Shown piece by piece: positions 51,755 to 63,672 of a stretch of DNA of 63,672 bases (position 1 is the stretch's first letter; each line of letters opens with the position of its first letter). The DNA lies in assembly GCF_001194135.2 (NCBI RefSeq), contig NC_068989.1, positions 65,682,214 to 65,745,885 of the forward strand, given 5' to 3'. The stretch comes from Octopus bimaculoides. Lineage: Eukaryota. Made by a program: the position numbers and the translations under genes. The notes beneath the pieces were generated by a model. The model did no database searches. It saw only the letters and a list, made by a program, of their open reading frames with translations, and had not been told where the DNA came from.

Positions 51755-52212
51755 CATATATATGTATGTATGTATGTATGTATGCATGTATGTATGTATG
51801 CATGTATGTATGTATGCATGTATGTATGTATGCATGCATGTATGTTTTATAAAAGTTTACACTACAATCATTTTGATTTCTGTGACTTCTCATATACGGT
51901 TGTATCTTTATTTCCAAGTTAACATAAACGCTTTTGAAAGACAACCTACAAAACTTAAGCTTGGTATAAATAACAAATATCACCTGTTAAAAATTCGGTA
52001 ATCATATCTTATAGTTATGTTCGACAATAAATTGGAATGCGAAATCGAAAAATATTGTGTCAGTCAAATTTTCTATACGAAATGAATTACATCGGCTTTA
52101 CTCGTGATTCTAAGCAATACGAAGCAGATAACATTTGTTCTGTCTCTATCAATCTATCTATCTATCTATACACAAATACATATAAATTTGACCGCATTTA
52201 TGCCTTCTTTTC

Positions 52213-52870
52213 TCAGGGATGGCTCAATATATTAGGGAATATTCAACGGCGTTTGAGAGCATAAGAATTAGAGTTGTAGCTGAGAAAAGCTTAGTTAAAA
52301 TGAAGGATTGGAAGACTTATGGAATTTGGAAAAGAGTTGCCTATATCGTGATGATTCGTGCCGAGTACCATCATGGCTGCTGCTCAATGCTCTGTGAACA
52401 ATGGTTGTAATGGTTGTATGAGTTGACATGGATAGTTGCAAAGGAATATGAAAAACCTTAATCAGCAGGAAACCACATAGCAGTTATTCCGACTGCGTCC
52501 TCAAGCTCGAATTCATCCAACAACTTCAGGATTTGGTGATGAAAATTCAAACAAAAGAATAGAGATTTTATCGGGAGTGTTGGGTGTTGAAGTAAAAAAA
52601 CACGAAGCTGGCTCTGAACGGGGACCTTCGCTGCCACCGGTACAAGAGTCGCAAGAGACAGATTCTGAAAGACAAGGCCTAGAAGAGCCGCTTGACGAAG
52701 GCCAAGAAGTTACTGGAGAAGCTGAAGAATCCTGTTCATTGGGGGCTAATCTGGCAGGATCATTTGCATAATATCCAGAACAAGTGACTCACAATCCATG
52801 CGAAGCACCATGTATCATAAAAGCTAAGTTCTCCCAAACCGTGAGGATCTTTGCATGTATCTCCAGTGAA
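52213..52870 (+). mobile_element. maT/DD37D transposase 5' fragment (pseudogene)
   Basis: MKDWKTYGIWKRVAYIVMIRAE from 52300; GDLRCHRYKSRKRQIL...RLTKAKKLLEKLKNP; QDHLHNIQN; KAKFSQTVRIFACISSE; N-terminus matches the 33587 copy. Confidence 0.8.
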
Positions 52871-53001
52871 GTAGAACGAAGGATTTTCACATGTTATTTG
52901 CGCACAGTGTATGAAAAATTAATGGCCACGCATGTTCCCCATACATACATTCATGCATGCATGATGCTTACATACACACAAATACATAAATACATACATA
53001 C

Positions 53002-53055
<54 letters not shown>

Positions 53056-53292
53056 NNNNNNNNNNNNNNNNNNNNNNNNNNNNNNNNNNNNNNNNNNNNN
53101 NNNNNNNNNNNNNNNNNNNNNNNNNNNNNNNNNNNNNNNNNNNNNNNNNNNNNNNNNNNNNNNNNNNNNNNNNNNNNNNNNNNNNNNNNNNNNNNNNNNN
53201 NNNNNNNNNNNNNNNNNNNNNNNNNNNNNNNNNNNNNNNNNNNNNNNNNNNNNNNNNNNNNNNNNNNNNNNNNNNNNNNNNNNNNNNNNNNN

Positions 53293-53343
<51 letters not shown>

Positions 53344-53803
53344 TTTGCCAGTTCGTGGGCAAGCTGCGATTATTGGAATAAGAGAATATATTCTCATCAA
53401 TTCGCCTGGTGTTAAAACACCAGAAAGTCATAGACAGGCGAAATGACTCGCATGAAGTCCGGTTACTCGAGCGATGGCAACCAATGTTTCTTCATCTTTG
53501 TAGCTTGTCAATACGGCGTACACGAAACTAGGCCAGTTGAAAGCTAAATCGTTGTCTGTGACTACATCTGCTGGTATGTTCAAACGTTTCTTACCACGGA
53601 AAAAATCAGATATGAGAAGCAGCTGAATCAATATAAAAGATATCGAACACGCATACACAACGTAAGTTTGAATATACATATATATATGAACATGCATATG
53701 TATATATATATACGTATACATATATATGTTCATTTATATGTACATGTGTAATGTATATATATATGTGTGTGTGTGTGTGTATGTGTGTGTGTGTGTGTGT
53801 GTG

Positions 53804-53884
<81 letters not shown>

Positions 53885-53957
53885 GTGCATATATATGTAT
53901 ATGTATACACATATATAGAGAGAGAGAGGGATATATTCATAGATCGATTTAATGATC

Positions 53958-54067
<110 letters not shown>

Positions 54068-54698
54068 GATACGCGTGAGAATAAAATTGTATTATTCTCC
54101 ATTGATAATATATACTTGGATGTATTTTTAATTTGAAAGATTCTTTTAAAATTTCCATTGAATAAACAAATATTTTCAGTCATTCCGTCCTTCATATGTT
54201 CATATGATTTCGATAAAAATATCTGTTATTGTCATTATTTTATTTTTTACAACTGCTAATTTAATAAACTGAAATGATATGAAACACATTGACGTATCTA
54301 ACACGTCTAATGGAAATAGTTATACCGGTTTTGTTAGATGAGAAATGATTATTATTTATTCTTACAAGTGTAACTGTTATATTTATAACTTTCAAGTTTT
54401 GACATTTATCACATATGTGCTGTCTTTTATCAAATTTCCGAATAAAGAACTCTATTTTTACATTACACGACCTAATTAAAGTTATGAGAATGCTTCAATG
54501 GAATTGATTTGCTTTGTTTCCAAGTATCTGACATCAGTGAATCCAAAGAATTTTGCCTTCGGAGATATGACAATATTTATATTAAACCAACAATATCGCC
54601 GATTTGCCAGTTATTTGCATTATATTATTGCAAAGTAAAATTTCTCGTCGCCTCCTACAACATGCTAATTGTAATATGACATTTAGGATGTACTTTAC

Positions 54699-54842
54699 CT
54701 TTTCAATGAGAAGAGCTCGTGTGCCAGCCTTAGGAAATTGACGTGAACTTTTATCATCTGGTGTAGTTGCGGTATTGGTCGTCGGGGTTGTAGCCGTCGG
54801 CGGTGTTGTTGCCACAGCCACTGCGTTTGCAGTGGTCGCCAT
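54699..54842 (-). CDS. Probable first coding exon of an unidentified host gene: MATTANAVAVATTPPTATTPTTNTATTPDDKSSRQFPKAGTRALLIEK
   Basis: Exon 54858-54699 bounded by ttcttacatgtttcag| and AAG|gtaaag; in-frame TAG 15 nt upstream of the ATG; Thr/Ala/Pro tract uses all four Thr codons; GC above background. A second frame is also open. Confidence 0.6.
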
Positions 54843-55301
54843 TTCGAAATGAGTCTATCTGAAACATGTAAGAATATCAGTATATATTAAACAAGACTCC
54901 TAATATTCAGAATAGTTCATACATTAAAATATGCAAATTAAATATTAAATATGTTTCCTCATTCATTTTGAATTTCCTTTATAAACAGAATTATACAAAT
55001 TCTTATTGATGTTTATGTTAATCTGAAATTACGACCACCCCTACCAGTTGGCTTTCATCTTTCCAGGCCAACTTTGCCTTTAATCTTTCCAAACTCAGTA
55101 ACTAATATAACTAACAATCGTAACGCTCTTTCCAATGTGGTGTTACTACGCTCAGTTTAGAAATTAAGGGTACCAGTTCGAATCCTGTCAGGTACGATAT
55201 AAATATATGAAATATTTAAAATCTACAAAATTTATAAGGTTTACATCGGTCAGTCTGTCAAACAAACGTTTACACACATGCATACACACATGCGCGCGCG
55301 T

Positions 55302-55332
<31 letters not shown>

Positions 55333-55360
55333 CATACACACACACGCACACATAAATATA

Positions 55361-55430
55361 CAGTGTTCGCCAAAAGTCACCCGACAGTAAATCAAAATTC
55401 CATAAATACTATCTGCAATTCTGTATAGTC
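55361..55430. mobile_element. One end of the 30899-31110 MITE family
   Basis: TA-cagtgttcgccaaaagtcacccgacagtaaatcaaaattccataaatactatctgcaatt matches the rc of about 31048-31110. Confidence 0.8.
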
Positions 55431-56243
55431 TCGAATATATATATGTATGTATATGTATATANNNNNNNNNNNNNNNNNNNNNNNNNNNNNNNNNNNNNNN
55501 NNNNNNNNNNNNNNNNNNNNNNNNNNNNNNNNNNNNNNNNNNNNNNNNNNNNNNNNNNNNNNNNNNNNNNNNNNNNNNNNNNNNNNNNNNNNNNNNNNNN
55601 NNNNNNNNNNNNNNNNNNNNNNNNNNNNNNNNNNNNNNNNNNNNNNNNNNNNNNNNNNNNNNNNNNNNNNNNNNNNNNNNNNNNNNNNNNNNNNNNNNNN
55701 NNNNNNNNNNNNNNNNNNNNNNNNNNNNNNNNNNNNNNNNNNNNNNNNNNNNNNNNNNNNNNNNNNNNNNNNNNNNNNNNNNNNNNNNNNNNNNNNNNNN
55801 NNNNNNNNNNNNNNNNNNNNNNNNNNNNNNNNNNNNNNNNNNNNNNNNNNNNNNNNNNNNNNNNNNNNNNNNNNNNNNNNNNNNNNNNNNNNNNNNNNNN
55901 NNNNNNNNNNNNNNNNNNNNNNNNNNNNNNNNNNNNNNNNNNNNNNNNNNNNNNNNNNNNNNNNNNNNNNNNNNNNNNNNNNNNNNNNNNNNNNNNNNNN
56001 NNNNNNNNNNNNNNNNNNNNNNNNNNNNNNNNNNNNNNNNNNNNNNNNNNNNNNNNNNNNNNNNNNNNNNNNNNNNNNNNNNNNNNNNNNNNNNNNNNNN
56101 NNNNNNNNNNNNNNNNNNNNNNNNNNNNNNNNNNNNNNNNNNNNNNNNNNNNNNNNNNNNNNNNNNNNNNNNNNNNNNNNNNNNNNNNNNNNNNNNNNNN
56201 NNNNNNNNNNNNNNNNNNTCGATATTATGTAAATAGAGGAATT

Positions 56244-56449
56244 TATCTGTAAAAATATGTGACATTTATTCGGTAGCCATGGTAATACTCCGAGTTTCGG
56301 ACGCCGGAGCGGAAACCCACGCAGCCATCTCAAAGGAATGTTCAATGGCCAGATAACTGAAGAGATGGCGGCGTGGGTTTCCGCCCCGGCATCCGAAACT
56401 CGGAGTTTTATCATGGCTACCGAGTAAGTGTCACATATTTTTACAGATA
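56244..56449. repeat. GC-rich foldback element (88-bp arms, 30-nt loop)
   Basis: Arms 56244-56331 and 56362-56449 with 7 mismatches counted by eye. Confidence 0.92.
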
Positions 56450-56489
56450 TATATATCAAATTGAAATCAATATTACAAAACAACATAAT

Positions 56490-56935
56490 CTTCACTCCAA
56501 TTATGAAGAAAAGAGAGAATGAAATCGATAAACTCTCCACAGTCTGTCTACCCTCTGTGAAAGGCCTCTCCGAAAATATACAAACGATATGCGGCCCATA
56601 TGACATCAGGATCAATATTCAAAAGTAATACAACACTTCGCAAATATCTCCTTCGAGTAAAACCACCAATAGAAGAGAATATTACTAAGAACTGCGCGTA
56701 CTCCATCCCATGCAGCTGTGGTAGGTTATACAAAGACGAAACATGTCGCCCCCTCAAAATAAGGGTAGAGGAACATCGCAAAGCTGTGACACGGGAAGAT
56801 CAGATATGAATAGCATATGGGAACCGCTATTAAGGAAGGATAAGAGAATATTAGATTTATAAGCCCTAAAATTCACTCCATAATTGCCCACGAGCATATA
56901 GCGTAGAGGTTTAAAACGCGGGTTCCAGGCAGTGA

Positions 56936-56968
<33 letters not shown>

Positions 56969-57110
56969 CGAAAAATACTTTAGGAATTAGAATCCAGGTT
57001 AGAAATTTCCTCAAGACTCCTGATGAAGGCTGGAGGGTGTATCAATCGAATTGTTGTGTTAACAACAAACAAGATGAGGACAAATATCCGTCAATTGTAA
57101 ATAATGTAAA
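56490..57110 (+). mobile_element. Penelope-like element 3' part (GIY-YIG, internal deletion, 3' region)
   Basis: LSTVCLPSVKGLSENIQTIC; NCAYSIPCSCGRLYKDETCRPLKIRVEEHRKAVTR; MNSIWEPLLRK; 3' region homologous to 8815-9110 on minus. Confidence 0.88.
57013..57060 (+). ncRNA. Degenerate hammerhead ribozyme motif
   Basis: aagactc CTGATGA A GGCTG gagggtgtat CAATC GAATT GTT gtgtt; CTGATGA intact, GAAAC mutated. Confidence 0.5.
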
Positions 57111-57240
57111 TAGTATTACAATATTTCATTTAAGTCTGCTAAATTGTTATATCATATTATTTATTTACTATCTTGAACATGTAAGTATATTCGTATGTAG
57201 AGTTTGTTAATTAGTATCACTACCCTTTTCTGAAAGTAGA

Positions 57241-57540
57241 AGCACATGGCCTAGTAGTTAGAGCAGCGGACTTGCTGTTGAGGGATCACGAGTTCGAATC
57301 TCAGTCCAGGCTATGTATGTGTTTATGAGCGAAACACCTAAGCTCCACTCGTCTCCGGCAGAAGGTAATGGCGAACTTTTGCTAACTCTTTCGCTACAAC
57401 TTTCTCTCACTCGTTCCTCCTGCATCCAGCAGTTCACCTGCGACGGATCGATGTTCTGTCCAGTTGTGGAACCTATACGGCAAAGAAACCGGGAAACCGG
57501 CCCCTATGAGCCGAGAAAGAACTAACAATAACAGCAACAA
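57241..57540 (+). mobile_element. tRNA-derived SINE family D with CAA-rich tail
   Basis: A-box tggcctagtagttag, B-box gagttcgaatc; body tgagcgaaacacctaagctccac and acaactttctctcactc shared with 62651-63005. Confidence 0.75.
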
Positions 57541-59614
57541 CGACCCTTTTCTGAAAAGTTACCTCTCAGTTTTGCTTACTGTAATTACAAGCAATAACAA
57601 CAACGAAAAGAAGAACAGTAACATTCAATAAGAGAGATTTTTTTAACAGAATATATGGCATTAATTTCTAACATCAAGAGATACTTCAAAATCTACCAAT
57701 ATTCCTGAAACCATTTGAAATACCAAGTCTACGATATTCGGGAATATCTAACTATATGTTTGGAGATAATTAAAGTATCTATCTATATTTTTCGTATCCG
57801 AAGGAATAACTAAACTTCCTGACGTTTCATTTAAAGAATATTATTTTGAAATGAATCAGAAATGGAGCAATTTTTAGCCGCAGTTTCATGTTAACGTTTT
57901 GAGAATATTTGCCCCAGTATTTCAGCTTCATATTTTGATAGGAGATATTATAATTCCAGAATGACCGTACTTGACAATAGTGATTATAATTACTTCAGTT
58001 ATTCAATCATTTCTCTTATCCTATAATGCAACTCCCTTAGTTTTCTGGTGTAATATTTTACTTTATGTATGCTGCTGATAGATTTTAAAAACTAATTATA
58101 TCTGTAACAGTCGTACCGTAATATCGTAATGATAATGATACATTGAGACAATGAAGTGTTATGGCTAATAAATAATGATGTGGAAAAAATCGAATTCTTT
58201 ATGCTCTCGTATCAAAGATGGCAATCCTAAGAATGAAAAAATGCTAATTAAGTTTGGAGACAATATGTCTTCTCTATAACAATAAAGTAGTAGTGTCGAT
58301 TCAGACAATTTCGAATGAATTACAACTTCATTTTCGGCTTACATTTGGTGAATTGTTTGTTTTGCATTAACATATAGTTTACATGTAATTTAGACCAGTC
58401 AAATACAGAAATTGGGGAAAATACACGCCTGGAGAAAACAAACTGTAAACTAGATAAAACATTAATATTAAATGATTAACAACTTGATCAAGATTACTTT
58501 AAACATCAACGGCTATAAATAATTTACAGGAGAAGTAAATAAATGGTATAATGTTATTCTGAGGCAGTCATGGAATGTTACACAATACTCAGAAAGATCT
58601 GTCGGTCGATATTTTTTTCCTTCACAGCAAATCAATATCGCAGAAACCACTTGAAATACCAAGCCTACTTCTACAAGATTCAGGAATCAGTCCTAATGAA
58701 GAACGGTTACTCCTTGGAAATTTCCACATGAACGGTGACATCAAGAGACTATTAACAGACGAGAAACAAGGCGGAAGAAATTGGATATTATGCAAGCTTT
58801 CGAAGATCACCATTATCATTTAGCTGATATGATGTAAATGATGTAACACAATTGTAGTAAAGTTATATAATAAATAATGACAGAAATCACCCTCCAAATT
58901 ATGAATTAAACATTGCATATATTTACCAGACAACCAATAAAATGAGACACAAAAGAAATTATAAATTACTTAACTGTTTAGATATTCCATCTAAACATTA
59001 TTTATATACTTGTGTAGAAAATTTTTCTGTTCATTTAGTAATACATGTATGTTTATTTATTATATTAACATTTATGCGTATGTACGCATGCATAGAATAT
59101 GTTGCGGTAGGCATCACATATCTAGCAAGTTGTAACTAAATTTATAGGGACTTGGTGACCGACTTTCTAATTGTCTCTGATTTATCTAGATATTCAGCAA
59201 ATGGGATGACTATTCAGAATAAAACTCTAAGCATTAGTTATTATACGCGGGTGGGATTAAAATTTCATTGATTGACGATGGAGAAATGATGCGAGAGATG
59301 TGAAATCTTGCATACATTAATTTCAACTCTTTGTTGATTGCATGGAGGACTACGTTGAAAAGTAAACCACATTCATTCTCATTCCATTACAGCATCTTGA
59401 TCAGCCTATGAACTTTTCAGCCAACCCTCGTACATATTTCATAGTCTTTGAATTCATAAAGTAAGAAATCATATGTATGTACATATATTATATATATANN
59501 NNNNNNNNNNNNNNNNNNNNNNNNNNNNNNNNNNNNNNNNNNNNNNNNNNNNNNNNNNNNNNNNNNNNNNNNNNNNNNNNNNNNNNNNNNNNNNNNNNNN
59601 NNNNNNNNNNNNNN

Positions 59615-59646
<32 letters not shown>

Positions 59647-59697
59647 CACATATATAAATATATATACACACACATACATATATATATATACATAAAG

Positions 59698-60056
59698 ATG
59701 GTATCTTTATATAAGCTAAAAGCTTATGGAGGTCACCGTGCAATGACTAAAGAAAATAGTCTAATAAAGGGACACATAAGCCCTCGACAGAAAAAAGAAG
59801 ACTTTCCTGTGCGCGTGGGACTCGAATCCACATCCCTTTGTTAACGTGACTAAGAGTGGTACATTTACACCAGAAACGGGGAGGCTAATATGCTGGTATA
59901 AATATAACACAGTCGCGTTAACAAAGCGATGTGGGTTCGAGTCCCACGCGGATAAGAAAGCCTTCTATTTTCTGTTAAGGGCTTATATGCCGCTTCATTA
60001 GACTATTTTCCTTAGTCATTGCACGGTGATCGCCATAAGCTTTTTAAATATACCAT
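59698..60056. repeat. Palindromic element of about 360 bp whose arms contain tRNA-like sequence
   Basis: Arms 59718-59872 and 59894-60044, extended by atggtat/ataccat; 21-nt spacer; T-arm-like gtgggttcgagtcccac. Confidence 0.9.
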
Positions 60057-60159
60057 TATTATTATTTACAGCATTGTAAAACACGGTGCCGTATAAAAAA
60101 AAACATTATATATATATATTTGTGTGATACATTTACATTCTAAAAACAATCTTTTCTAG

Positions 60160-60340
60160 TATAGGCACAAGGCGGAAAGTTTGGGAGAAGTGGCAAGTCG
60201 ATTATACCGACGCCAGTACTCAATTAATACTTTATTTATAGGCCCCGAAAGGACGAAAGGCAAAATCGACCTTGGCAGAATTTGAACTCAGAACGTAGCG
60301 GCAGATGAAATACCGTTAGACATTTTGCTTGGCCGCTAAC
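60160..60340 (-). mobile_element. SINE family C
   Basis: On minus: gttagcggcc...ctgagttcaaattctgccaaggtcgattttgcctttcgtcctttcgggg. Confidence 0.78.
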
Positions 60341-60669
60341 ATTTCTGTCTTTCATTCAGCAAATGATATTGCAGTAATAAACTGATTCCTAAATGAGAAT
60401 CTATTCTTCTTCTCTCAGGCTAACCTTGAGAATATAACTTCCATTATTAGACAAATTTTCATGCCAACTTTTTTATATGCTAACTTTATTACATATTTGT
60501 GACAACTTGATAAAGAAAGCTAGCAAGAAGCTAAGGAATCTCCACTTTCTAAAGCATTGCCACACGGGCAAAATATTCATGAAGATTTCGATATTAATAT
60601 GGAATCGAAATGTTCGGCCATCAAAAAGCGACCTGCTTATACATACATATATACATATATATATTCTTC

Positions 60670-62060
60670 TCTCTTCGCTCCTTTGCGCCACATGGGCTCA
60701 ATTCCTCTCCCCCTTCATCTGACTACCCTCTTCTCTCTTCTGTTCAGCTCACACTTACTTCCTCTCTTCACTCCCACCCACCCACCTCTCCTTTCCTCTC
60801 TTGCTCTGACACCTACTTCCTCTCTTCACTCCTACCCATCTTCTCCCTTCATCGTTACCCCTTCCATCCACATCCCACCTTTACACATATCAATACCGCC
60901 ATTCCACCCACCTACACACACACTCAAACCCCACTCCCACATATCCTCAACTCNNNNNNNNNNNNNNNNNNNNNNNNNNNNNNNNNNNNNNNNNNNNNNN
61001 NNNNNNNNNNNNNNNNNNNNNNNNNNNNNNNNNNNNNNNNNNNNNNNNNNNNNNNNNNNNNNNNNNNNNNNNNNNNNNNNNNNNNNNNNNNNNNNNNNNN
61101 NNNNNNNNNNNNNNNNNNNNNNNNNNNNNNNNNNNNNNNNNNNNNNNNNNNNNNNNNNNNNNNNNNNNNNNNNNNNNNNNNNNNNNNNNNNNNNNNNNNN
61201 NNNNNNNNNNNCACACCACATCGCACCACACACTACTACACCACATCATGCCACCCCACACCTCACCACATCACACTACCCTGCACACACTAGCACTGAC
61301 CATTTCCCAGCACCCACACCATCATCCACACACCTACACATGCACACATCTACACGTGAAGGCCACCAGCCCCAATCAGCATACACACACACACACACAC
61401 TCTCATATACATACGCACGCGCAGCTTTGGGATCATCACTAATTTATTATCACCCCTTCTTTCTAGCTCTCCTGTCTGACCACCTACGTCCAGCCAGCCA
61501 GCCACTGTTATCGACCGTTAGCACTAAAGCTTCTTTTATTCTCTCTCTGTTTATTTTCTCATGTTCCTTTGTGTTGAAGAACGAAGGCTCACCGTTCTCT
61601 GTCTATCATTTTCCCTCCCTCACTCTTTCTTCTTTGCTCCCACGTGACTATCGGCCATCTTTCTTTCTTTTCCTGACTTGTGTTTCTTGCTTTCCTTCTG
61701 ATTCAGCTGGTGGGATCAGATGCGTTGTTGCCTGTCTCCTGCCCAAGCTTACTTCTCCTCGTTCGCCACGTCACCTCGTTTAGGCTAACAACCTTTCCTG
61801 TTTGTTTTCACTGTCCTGTTCGTGTTACCAATTTTGACCCCCCGCAAAATCTCAAATGGAATTTCATTTGCTTTGCGGGAGCAACTGTTTCATTGAAGGC
61901 GTATCTTGTCGTGAATTGCTCGAAATACGGATTAGAAAATCAGCCCACAACTGATGAAAGGTCGTTCTTTGAGTTGCATGTCTTGTTTTCCATTTGTTTC
62001 TTTCGTTGTTCGCAAAAAAGTTCATATTCCATGTATTCGTATTTCGTATTTTATGTTGTT
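60670..62060 (+). mobile_element. Long low-complexity repeat, probably Penelope-related non-coding derivative
   Basis: CAC/CTT-rich body; 61480-61600 resembles the 6057-6270 family; hammerhead-core-like remnants at 61571 and 61951. Confidence 0.35.
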
Positions 62061-62650
62061 TACATTTTGTGACGTCCTGTGCCCACATATGCATATACGT
62101 ATATATATAAGTATGTACATATATGTGTGCATATATACATATATATTATTCATATTATGTATGTATGTATGTACATATGTATATATATATANNNNNNNNN
62201 NNNNNNNNNNNNNNNNNNNNNNNNNNNNNNNNNNNNNNNNNNNNNNNNNNNNNNNNNNNNNNNNNNNNNNNNNNNNNNNNNNNNNNNNNNNNNNNNNNNN
62301 NNNNNNNNNNNNNNNNNNNNNNNNNNNNNNNNNNNNNNNNNNNNNNNNNNNNNNNNNNNNNNNNNNNNNNNNNNNNNNNNNNNNNNNNNNNNNNNNNNNN
62401 NNNNNNNNNNNNNNNNNNNNNNNNNNNNNNNNNNNNNNNNNNNNNNNNNNNNNNNNNNNNNNNNNNNNNNNNNNNNNNNNNNNNNNNNNNNNNNNNNNNN
62501 NNNNNNNNNNNNNNNNNNNNNNNNNNNNNNNNNNNNNNNNNNNNNNNNNNNNNNNNNNNNNNNNNNNNNNNNNNNNNNNNNNNNNNNNNNNNNNNNNNNN
62601 NNNNNNNNNNNNNNNNNNNNNNNNNNNNNNNNNNNNNNNNNNNNNNNNNN

Positions 62651-63005
62651 AATGGTTAGGGAATAGGACTCGCGGTTGCGATTCCCAGACCGGGCGTTGT
62701 GAGTGTTTATTGAGCGAAAACACCCAAAGCTTCACGAAGCTCTGGCAGGGGATGGTGGCGAACCCTGCTGTACTCTTTCACCACAACTTTCTCTCACTCT
62801 TACTCCCTGTTTCTGTTGTACCTGTATTTCAAAGGGCCAGCCTTGTCACTATGTGTCACGCTGAATATCCCCGAGAACTACGTTAAGGGTACACGTGTCT
62901 GTGGAGTGCTCAGTCACTTTCACGTTAATTTCACGAGCAGGCTGTTCCGTTGATCGGATCAACTGGAACCATCGACGTCGTAAGCGACGGAGTGCCAACA
63001 ACAAC
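62651..63005 (+). mobile_element. tRNA-derived SINE family D variant (head truncated by the gap)
   Basis: tgagcgaaaacacccaaagcttcac...ctctttcaccacaactttctctcactc...gtgccaacaacaac. Confidence 0.72.
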
Positions 63006-63607
63006 TTTAAGTATGTGCACTAATATCTATTCTAATTTAAACTAGTTTCACCAGCGTACAAATTTTCAAAAGTATTTCTCATTGTGATGAAGCATCCAGG
63101 AAAAAAATAAGTAATACAAACTTTTACTGCTATCTCAACTCTAATAATAGGCATAGAAATAGAATAATAAATATGAAATACTTCAATCTCCTATTCAATT
63201 TACAAATAACCATTCACTACAAAATCCTAAATAACATAAACAACCTCTCCCATTTACCACAAAATCATAAATAACATAAAACCGTTAACTGAAACAATGT
63301 TTCATACTCTGTTTAGAATTTTGCTGACATCCTTGTCTAATCTAGTCACGTTTAATGATAAACCTAGTAATTCTACTTCTAATTATAACTGAACTAATTA
63401 TGATATAGCCTTCAATATCTGCGTTCGATTGGATTTTCCCAGTCAATGAACTAGTTTAACACGCAAATGTTAAAGCAAATCCCACTGCTTTCACATGCGT
63501 TTGTACGTGTTTAAATTGCATGTGCGTGAGAGGATCAAACATTTTGACACAGGGAACATAAAAAGATGATAAAATCCACTTAAAACTTATTTTCATATTC
63601 CTCTTTA

Positions 63608-63672
<65 letters not shown>

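Noticed and set aside
52577-52771. Acidic 64-aa ORF (…QESQETDSERQGLEEPLDEGQE…) as a host exon
   Set aside because: It is an alternative frame of the maT transposase relic
54699-54735. KAGTRALL as a sulfotransferase PAPS-binding loop or RasGEF REM motif
   Set aside because: The similarity is a few residues only and the flanking context does not match, so no gene symbol was assigned
58630-58740. Penelope RT C-terminal relic (IQESVLMKNGYSLEI)
   Set aside because: Only one short KNGY-like motif; too weak to annotate

Overview
This is AT-rich eukaryotic DNA from a draft assembly, dense in repeats and broken by many N gaps flanked by microsatellites. The repeat landscape suggests a coleoid cephalopod, probably Octopus; this is inference from recall, not a database result. 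No complete gene, rRNA, functional tRNA or CRISPR array is supported, and nearly all ORF-track entries are microsatellite or gap artefacts. The window looks like intronic or intergenic space. A possible minus-strand host gene has a well-bounded exon at 54858-54699 (start codon at 54842) and weaker candidate exons at 39870-39831 and 3924-3847. Recognisable TE relics are: a full-length decayed mariner (343-1627), two maT/DD37D fragments, hAT, RTE, four R4/Dong-clade fragments (three abutting (TAA)n), several Penelope-like (GIY-YIG) pieces, a Helentron/DINE-like element, at least three tRNA-derived SINE families and several MITEs. The most notable observations are: (1) Penelope 3' ends that carry a tRNA-like module followed by a minimal hammerhead-ribozyme motif, in two independent copies; (2) a second family with a well-paired minimal hammerhead whose core reads CUGUUGA; (3) a 585-bp Merlin-like MITE with an 8-bp TSD and an inverted telomeric-repeat palindrome near its centre; (4) a roughly 360-bp palindrome made of two diverging tRNA-like units, plus two other long foldback elements. 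Repeat boundaries were read by eye and may be off by tens of bases unless motifs are quoted.
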